From the IMG/VR virus record IMGVR_UViG_2778261588_000006, positions 1-20,988 of that record: DNA of 20,988 bases; one strand, given 5' to 3'. Position 1 is the stretch's first letter. Every line of letters begins with the position of its first letter. A program made the translations under genes and the position numbers. Of this stretch, positions 15,894-20,988 are shown piece after piece. Under the pieces are notes generated by a model. The model was not told where the DNA came from. It made no database searches and saw only the letters and a list, made by a program, of their open reading frames with translations. The DNA is from a virus. Its lineage: Duplodnaviria > Heunggongvirae > Uroviricota > Caudoviricetes.

Positions 15894-16608
15894 GTTAATA
15901 AATGGCAATGCCATCAAAATGACAAGCATTGAAATCGCTGAGTTGGTGGGTAAGCGTCATGACAATGTGAAACGTACCATCGAAACGCTGGCTAAAAATG
16001 GTGTTATCCGGCTTCCTCAAATTGAGGTTTCCGAAAGAATCAATAACTTAGGGTTCAATGTTCAGTACGAGCATTACGTCTTCGAAGGCGAACAAGGTAA
16101 GCGCGACAGCATTATTGTCGTTGCCCAGTTGTCGCCGGAATTCACCGCTCGTCTTGTTGACCGTTGGCGAGAGCTTGAAGAAACTGCGGTTAATATCCCC
16201 AAAACGCTACCAGAAGCGTTGCGCCTTGCTGCTGATCTTGCTGAGCAGAAAATGCAACTGGAAAACCAGCTCGCAATTGCCGCACCTAAAGTTGAGTTTG
16301 CCGATCGAGTTGGCGAAGCCAGCGGAATTTTGATTGGAAACTTTGCAAAGGTTGTTGGAATTGGTCCAAACAAACTGTTTGCGTGGATGCGCGATCACAA
16401 AATCCTTATTGCTTCAGGTTCCCGGCGCAATGTGCCAATGCAGGAATATATGGATCGCGGCTATTTCACAGTGAAAGAAACAGCGGTCAACACAAATCAC
16501 GGAATACAGATATCGTTCACCACAAAAATCACCGGTCGTGGTCAACAGTGGCTGACCAGAAAGCTGCTCGATAACGGAATGCTGAAAGTAACAGGGGAGG
16601 CTGCTTAA
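15886..16608 (+). CDS. Antirepressor (Rha-type N-terminal domain + ANT/KilAC C-terminal domain)
   Basis: N-terminal MTSIEIAELVGKRHDNVKRTIE (Rha-like) and C-terminal EFADRVGEASG...FAKVVGIGPNKLFAWMRDHKIL (Ant-like); ATGA overlap with ninF. Confidence 0.75.
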   Translation: MNELINGNAIKMTSIEIAELVGKRHDNVKRTIETLAKNGVIRLPQIEVSERINNLGFNVQYEHYVFEGEQGKRDSIIVVAQLSPEFTARLVDRWRELEETAVNIPKTLPEALRLAADLAEQKMQLENQLAIAAPKVEFADRVGEASGILIGNFAKVVGIGPNKLFAWMRDHKILIASGSRRNVPMQEYMDRGYFTVKETAVNTNHGIQISFTTKITGRGQQWLTRKLLDNGMLKVTGEAA

Positions 16609-16898
16609 TGGCTAACCTACGCAAAGAAGCGCGCGGCAGAGAATGTCAGGTACGTATTTACGGCGTATGCAATGGTAATCCTGAAACCACAGTTCTGGCA
16701 CATTACCGGATGGCTGGAATTTGCGGAACTGGAATGAAGCCTGACGACCTGATCGGCGCATGGGCTTGTAGCGCGTGTCACGATGAAATCGACCGACGCA
16801 CCCATAATCTCGACAACAAAGACGCCAGGCTTTACCACCTCGAAGGCGTGATCAGGACGCAGTCGATACTGCTGAAGGAGGGGAAGATTAAGTCATGA
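16608..16898 (+). CDS. DUF1364 / YbcO-like zinc-binding protein
   Basis: 96-aa Cys/His-rich protein directly upstream of rusA, as ybcO-rusA in DLP12; assignment from memory. Confidence 0.55.
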   Translation: MANLRKEARGRECQVRIYGVCNGNPETTVLAHYRMAGICGTGMKPDDLIGAWACSACHDEIDRRTHNLDNKDARLYHLEGVIRTQSILLKEGKIKS

Positions 16899-17257
16899 AC
16901 GAATATCAGTTTGTGCTTCCGTACCCGCCATCGGTGAATACCTACTGGCGAAGACGAGGAAGCCAATATTACATTAGCGATAAAGGCCAGAAATACAGAA
17001 AAGACGTTCAGCAAATCATCCGCCAACTTAAGTTAGACATTTTCACCAAATCACGACTCCGCATAAAAGTCATCGCAGACGTTACAGACTCCCGCCGCCG
17101 CGACCTCGATAACATCCTGAAAGGTTTACTCGACTCCCTTATCCACGCCGGATTTGCGGAAGACGACGAGCAATTCGATGACATTCGCGTAATTCGTGGT
17201 GTGAAAGTAGCAGGCGGACGGCTTGGAATAAAAATCACCGAACTGGAGAACGCATGA
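16895..17257 (+). CDS. rusA: RusA Holliday-junction resolvase
   Basis: Pattern LPYPPSVNTYW...RRRDLDNILKGLLDSL...GGRLGIKITE parallels E. coli RusA; occupies the ninG slot. Confidence 0.85.
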   Translation: MNEYQFVLPYPPSVNTYWRRRGSQYYISDKGQKYRKDVQQIIRQLKLDIFTKSRLRIKVIADVTDSRRRDLDNILKGLLDSLIHAGFAEDDEQFDDIRVIRGVKVAGGRLGIKITELENA

Positions 17258-17442
17258 ACGCCACAATTCAAACGATACCAGAGCTTCTTATCCAGACACG
17301 AGGCAATCAGACCGAAGTGGCGAGGATGCTTTCCTGCGCAAGAGGAACAGTGCTCAAGTACAACCGAGACAGCAAAGGCGAGCGTCATGTAATAGTTAAC
17401 GGCGTCCTGATGGTCAAACAAGGAAAGAGGGGAAGACGATGA
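17254..17442 (+). CDS. ninH: NinH-like protein
   Basis: IPELLIQTRGNQTEVARMLSCARGTVLKY...VNGVLMV parallels lambda NinH. Confidence 0.7.
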   Translation: MNATIQTIPELLIQTRGNQTEVARMLSCARGTVLKYNRDSKGERHVIVNGVLMVKQGKRGRR

Positions 17443-17957
17443 GCATAAGAGAACTAAACCTCACCAAAGAGCAGCACGAGTGGCTGAATGGCTGGCTTGA
17501 ACTGTGGGGCGCATGGGTTTATTCAGGTCGACTGGAAAAGCGCATGAGCAGCGTAATAGCGAAGTTCATGGAGAGCGTAGAGCCGGGAAGAGTTATGACA
17601 AGGCCAATGTGTAATGATGATGATGGAATGTTGATTTCTCAGGTCGTCGATTCCGTCATGTGCATTGACAAGAAAGCCTTTGGCATCCTCCTCAGCTACT
17701 ACGCTCATGGTTCATCTAAGCGAGCAATTGCATCCTACTATCACGCGACTGCAAAGCCACGCAAGATGTGTGGACGTGGTGGCGAGGGATGGAGAAAACC
17801 TTCACTGGCAACCTGTAGAAACGAAATTGACGACATCCTGAAAGCGTCATTATTTGTTTTATACCAGCCAATGCAAAATGCTTTCAAAATGCGTAAACGT
17901 GTTGAGAAAGTTAAGCATGTTGCTGTTAAAAGCCTTGACATGCAATTAGCCATTTAG
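17439..17957 (+). CDS. Q: Late-gene antiterminator Q (QuuD / non-lambda Q family)
   Basis: Positioned between ninH and the lysis cassette; WGAW and RPMCNDDD motifs resemble QuuD-type Q as recalled; unlike lambda Q. Confidence 0.6.
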   Translation: MSIRELNLTKEQHEWLNGWLELWGAWVYSGRLEKRMSSVIAKFMESVEPGRVMTRPMCNDDDGMLISQVVDSVMCIDKKAFGILLSYYAHGSSKRAIASYYHATAKPRKMCGRGGEGWRKPSLATCRNEIDDILKASLFVLYQPMQNAFKMRKRVEKVKHVAVKSLDMQLAI

Positions 17958-17964
17958 CCATAAT
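17935..17964 (+). promoter_or_regulatory. Candidate late promoter PR' (-35 TTGACA 17935-17940; -10 CATAAT 17959-17964, 18-bp spacer)
   Basis: Consensus -35 and near-consensus -10 straddling the Q stop codon, where lambdoid late promoters lie. Confidence 0.35.
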
Positions 17965-17973
17965 TAGAAGGTA

Positions 17974-18017
17974 AGCTGCCGTTAGTGACTCTTAAGTTGC
18001 AACGGTGGCTTTTTTTG
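17974..18017 (+). terminator. Candidate tR'-like intrinsic terminator (stem 17974-17983 / 18001-18010, then T7 run)
   Basis: About 10-bp stem (two G-U pairs) with large loop followed by TTTTTTTGTTTG; about 35 nt downstream of the candidate PR' start. Confidence 0.35.
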
Positions 18018-18040
18018 TTTGCACAACAGGTAAGAGCATT

Positions 18041-18090
18041 GCGCGCCTGACGAGTCCATGAGGGACGAAACGCATTAGCGTCGCGCGGAG
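18041..18090 (+). ncRNA. Hammerhead self-cleaving ribozyme motif (type I topology)
   Basis: Core CUGACGA 18047-18053; stem II GUCC 18054-57 / GGAC 18063-66 (loop AUGAG, G10.1-C11.1 pair); GAA 18067-69; stem III ACGC 18070-73 / GCGU 18078-81 (loop AUUA, A15.1-U16.1 pair); cleavage triplet GUC ending at C 18082; stem I CGCGC 18042-46 / GCGCG 18083-87. Every invariant core position is satisfied. Confidence 0.6.
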
Positions 18091-18532
18091 TATCCCCAGC
18101 CGGGGAATAACTGGATACCAGGGGAGACAACCCTAAGCGCATTTACGAGTGTGTTTAGGGCGTGGGTCGGCAATGACTCCCTGTGCAGCCGACATCTGGC
18201 CCGGCAACATACAGTGCTCTTTCCGTTGTGCTGAATTAAGCGAATACCGGAAGCAGAACCGGATCACCAAATGCGTACAGGCGTCATCGCCGCCCAGCAA
18301 CAGCACAACCCAAACTGAGCCGTAGCCACTGGCTATCCTGAATTCATCAGTGATAGTTATGCTGCGGCCTTCTACACATGACCTTCGTGAAAGCGGGTGG
18401 CAAGAAGTTGCGCTAACAACCTCCTGCCGTTTTGCCCGTGCATATCGGTCACGAACAAATCTGATTACTAAACACAGTAGCCTGGATTTGTTCTATCAGT
18501 AATCGACCTTATTCCTAATTAAATAGAGCAAA

Positions 18533-18548
18533 TCCCCTTATTGGGGGT
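18533..18548 (+). promoter_or_regulatory. sdi-like stem-loop (CCCC-TTATT-GGGGG) upstream of the S dual start
   Basis: Hairpin immediately 5' of ATG-AAG-ATG, as in lambda where it sets the S107/S105 ratio. Confidence 0.55.
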
Positions 18549-18553
18549 AAGAC

Positions 18554-18877
18554 ATGAAGATGCCAGAAAAACATGACCTGTTGGCCGCCATTCTCGCGGC
18601 AAAGGAACAAGGCATCGGGGCAATCCTTGCGTTTGCAATGGCGTACCTTCGCGGCAGATATAATGGCGGTGCGTTTACAAAAACAGTAATCGACGCAACG
18701 ATGTGCGCCATTATCGCCTGGTTCATTCGTGACCTTCTCGACTTCGCCGGACTAAGTAGCAATCTCGCTTATATAACGAGCGTGTTCATCGGCTACATCG
18801 GCACTGACTCGATTGGTTCGCTTATCAAACGCTTCGCTGCTAAAAAAGCCGGAGTAGAAGATGGTGGAAATCAATAA
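18554..18877 (+). CDS. S: Holin S (class I, dual-start S107/S105)
   Basis: [39 protein letters not shown]... is essentially lambda S as recalled; Met1-Lys2-Met3 dual start. Confidence 0.95.
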   Translation: MKMPEKHDLLAAILAAKEQGIGAILAFAMAYLRGRYNGGAFTKTVIDATMCAIIAWFIRDLLDFAGLSSNLAYITSVFIGYIGTDSIGSLIKRFAAKKAGVEDGGNQ

Positions 18878-19337
18878 TCAACGTAAGGCGTTCCTCGATA
18901 TGCTGGCGTGGTCAGAGGGAACTGATAACGGACGGCAGAAAACCAGAAATCATGGTTATGACGTCATTGTAGGCGGAGAGCTATTCACTGATTACTCAGA
19001 TCACCCTCGCAAACTTGTCACGCTAAACCCAAAACTCAAATCAACAGCAGCCGGTCGCTATCAGCTTCTTTCCCGTTGGTGGGATGCCTACCGCAAGCAG
19101 CTTGGCCTGAAAGACTTCTCTCCGAAAAGCCAGGACGCTGTTGCACTGCAGCAGATTAAAGAGCGTGGCGCTTTACCGATGATTGATCGTGGCGATATCC
19201 GTCAGGCTATCGATCGTTGCAGCAATATCTGGGCTTCATTACCCGGTGCAGGTTACGGTCAGTATGAACATAAAATCGGTGACCTGATTGCCCGGTTTAA
19301 AGAGGCTGGCGGGGTGGTAAATGAAGCTGAGCTATAA
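18861..19337 (+). CDS. R: Endolysin R (lytic transglycosylase)
   Basis: [39 protein letters not shown]... matches lambda R over most of its length; the C-terminal ~20 aa differ. Confidence 0.95.
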   Translation: MVEINNQRKAFLDMLAWSEGTDNGRQKTRNHGYDVIVGGELFTDYSDHPRKLVTLNPKLKSTAAGRYQLLSRWWDAYRKQLGLKDFSPKSQDAVALQQIKERGALPMIDRGDIRQAIDRCSNIWASLPGAGYGQYEHKIGDLIARFKEAGGVVNEAEL

Positions 19338-19713
19338 GCTGGTTATCGCTGCTTTCTTCGTGACTGTCATCGGTTCTTTCACATGGTCTGCCAGCCACTA
19401 CTACAGCAAATATCAGCACGAAAAGAAACGTGCTAATGAGGCTGTACGAAATGCTGAATCAGCAACTGCCATTACCAATAACGTCCTGCAATCACTACAA
19501 ATCGTCAATACAGTTCTGGAGGCTAACCAGTATGCAAAACAGCAGATCGCACTGGAGTCACAGAGAACCCAGGAAGATATCAAAGGGGCTGTTGCGGATG
19601 ATGATTGTGCTGTACGTCCTGTGCCTGCTGCCGCTGCTGACAGGTTGCGGAAGTACGCGAACAGTTTACGTGCCGGTTCCGGCGGTACCGCTGCCAACAA
19701 GCCTGACCACTGA
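19321..19713 (+). CDS. Rz: Rz-like inner-membrane spanin (i-spanin)
   Basis: N-terminal TM (LVIAAFFVTVIGSF), coiled-coil body, directly after R with 17-nt overlap; not lambda Rz sequence. Confidence 0.6.
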   Translation: MKLSYKLVIAAFFVTVIGSFTWSASHYYSKYQHEKKRANEAVRNAESATAITNNVLQSLQIVNTVLEANQYAKQQIALESQRTQEDIKGAVADDDCAVRPVPAAAADRLRKYANSLRAGSGGTAANKPDH

Positions 19714-19855
19714 AACGCCCCAGCCAGTCATTCCCGACCCGCTGACCTATGGGGCCAGTCTGGATCTGAATGTGAGCCTGCTTTCGGCGCTGGGCCAGTG
19801 CAACATCGACAAGGCCAGTATCAGGAAGATAGAAACGTCACGCAACTCACAGTAG
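19598..19855 (+). CDS. Rz1: Rz1-like outer-membrane lipoprotein spanin (o-spanin), overlapped architecture
   Basis: +1-frame ORF inside Rz with lipobox LLTGC and Pro-rich mature region; extends 142 nt past the Rz stop. Confidence 0.6.
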   Translation: MMIVLYVLCLLPLLTGCGSTRTVYVPVPAVPLPTSLTTETPQPVIPDPLTYGASLDLNVSLLSALGQCNIDKASIRKIETSRNSQ

Positions 19856-20080
19856 CCATTACAAAGCTCATCTGCGGGTGGGCTTGATAATGAAACCGGA
19901 ATTTATTCTGGGCAACCAGTTACGGCAGTACCACGAAACAACCCAAGCCAGTAAGTGGGGAAATAACACTGGCAGCCACTGAAAGATGAACCTCCTGCCT
20001 TATGGCAAAAAAGATTCTTTGTGGTGGCGGACTGATGGAAAGACATCCTAATCAAGCAACCACTCTACAGGGTCATAATT

Positions 20081-20461
20081 ATGAACGACCAGCAAATCGA
20101 AAAAGAAATCGTTGAGAAAGGCAAAACTGCACCGCGAATCACCCCGCAGCACATCGAAGACGTGATTAAAAGCGAGCATTACTTTACTGCTTATGATGGA
20201 CGAAATGGTGCCATTTCCAGCAACGAATATTGTGGCAGGGAAAAACCAGAAGAAGGCGATCGTGATTTATCACCATTGAAGTTGCTCACTTTCTGCGTAC
20301 TGGTGCTGAAGAATGGCTTCACCGTCACCGGAGAGAGTGCCTGTGCAAGCCCGGAAAACTTTGATGTAGAAATTGGTCGGAAGATTGCCCGGCAGAATGC
20401 TGTAAACAAAATCTGGATGCTCGAAGGTTACTTGCTGAAGCAGAAGCTAAGCGAACAGTAG
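20081..20461 (+). CDS. Hypothetical phage protein (126 aa), possibly Gp49-like
   Basis: Isolated ORF after the lysis cassette, flanked on both sides by a repeated linker motif; family guess weak. Confidence 0.5.
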   Translation: MNDQQIEKEIVEKGKTAPRITPQHIEDVIKSEHYFTAYDGRNGAISSNEYCGREKPEEGDRDLSPLKLLTFCVLVLKNGFTVTGESACASPENFDVEIGRKIARQNAVNKIWMLEGYLLKQKLSEQ

Positions 20462-20564
20462 TTATTACAAAAGCCATTCCCTACAGAGTGGCTTTGATAA
20501 TGGCTTATACCCTACACGGGATAACTTAACTGATATCCCTTTTAACGGATAAACGGAGCCAACA

Positions 20565-20807
20565 ATGGCAGAGATTATTCCCATGACTGAAGAACAGAAA
20601 TTCAAGTTAGAAATTTACCGACTGCTATCTAAGAACAATTCAGCGGCAGAGGAAGCTTTTGCATTCATTGGTGCTGACCAACTGAAACTGGAATTGTTCA
20701 AGTTGCACTACAACGATGGCGGTGCAAATCCAGACTTCACATCTCGCACTATCGAAGCGGTGCGTAAATCGAAGGAAGCGTTAGACCTGTTCACTACCGG
20801 AGCATGA
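20565..20807 (+). CDS. Hypothetical small helical protein (80 aa)
   Basis: ORF with GGAG-containing leader; stop overlaps the next start. Confidence 0.45.
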   Translation: MAEIIPMTEEQKFKLEIYRLLSKNNSAAEEAFAFIGADQLKLELFKLHYNDGGANPDFTSRTIEAVRKSKEALDLFTTGA

Positions 20808-20808
20808 T

Positions 20809-20988
20809 GTGAGCCGCGTAATCAATTTGGGTAAGGAGAAGAAATTCCCAATTACTCAAGAGCTATACGAGCGGCTGGAAAGCGTCATCCATGATTACGA
20901 TGGCGAAATCAGTTTATGCGAGGCGATTGGCACACTCGAATTGCTGAAGCAGTCACTGATTGAAGGCGCGAAAGAGTCATCAACCTGA
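20809..20988 (+). CDS. Hypothetical small protein (59 aa, GTG start), ends at last base of window
   Basis: GTG 1 nt after the upstream TGA with GGAG 6 nt upstream; under the track length cutoff. Confidence 0.3.
   Translation: MSRVINLGKEKKFPITQELYERLESVIHDYDGEISLCEAIGTLELLKQSLIEGAKESST

Noticed and set aside
17954-18142. Minus-strand ORF (62 aa) across the Q-S intergenic region, and antisense ORFs within S and Rz (18538-18762, 19413-19700)
   Set aside because: Antisense to the late operon, no SD, Arg/Ser/Pro-rich composition; the interval is better explained by promoter, terminator and ribozyme elements.
1-20988. CRISPR arrays, IS elements or transposase genes
   Set aside because: No regularly spaced direct repeats, terminal inverted repeats with a transposase, or DDE-type ORFs were seen anywhere in the window.

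Overview
The window looks like the left junction and first ~19 kb of a lambdoid prophage in an Enterobacteriaceae chromosome. A host LacY-family permease (1-1248, recognised as CscB-like) is followed by a 15-bp partial tRNA-Arg 3' end (1690-1704, att core) and a TorI/AlpA-type excisionase with no adjacent integrase. Minus-strand early-left genes follow (DUF551 protein, SSB, HNH endonuclease, Rad52-like annealase, CIII-like and other small ORFs, N-like antiterminator with nutL). The immunity region has a LexA-like CI repressor, Cro, CII, ATAC-N5-GTAT operator dyads and a small membrane protein co-oriented downstream of cI. Plus-strand genes are a T5orf172/GIY-YIG protein inserted between cII and O, O (with iteron-like ori), a DnaC-like loader, a nin region (NinB/D/E/F, Rha-Ant antirepressor, YbcO-like, RusA, NinH), a QuuD-type Q, and a lysis cassette (lambda-type S and R, overlapped Rz/Rz1) plus three small ORFs. 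The most striking signal is a full-consensus type I hammerhead ribozyme motif at 18041-18090 on the late-transcript strand between Q and S. All homology calls are from reading the translations and from memory of protein families; no searches were run.
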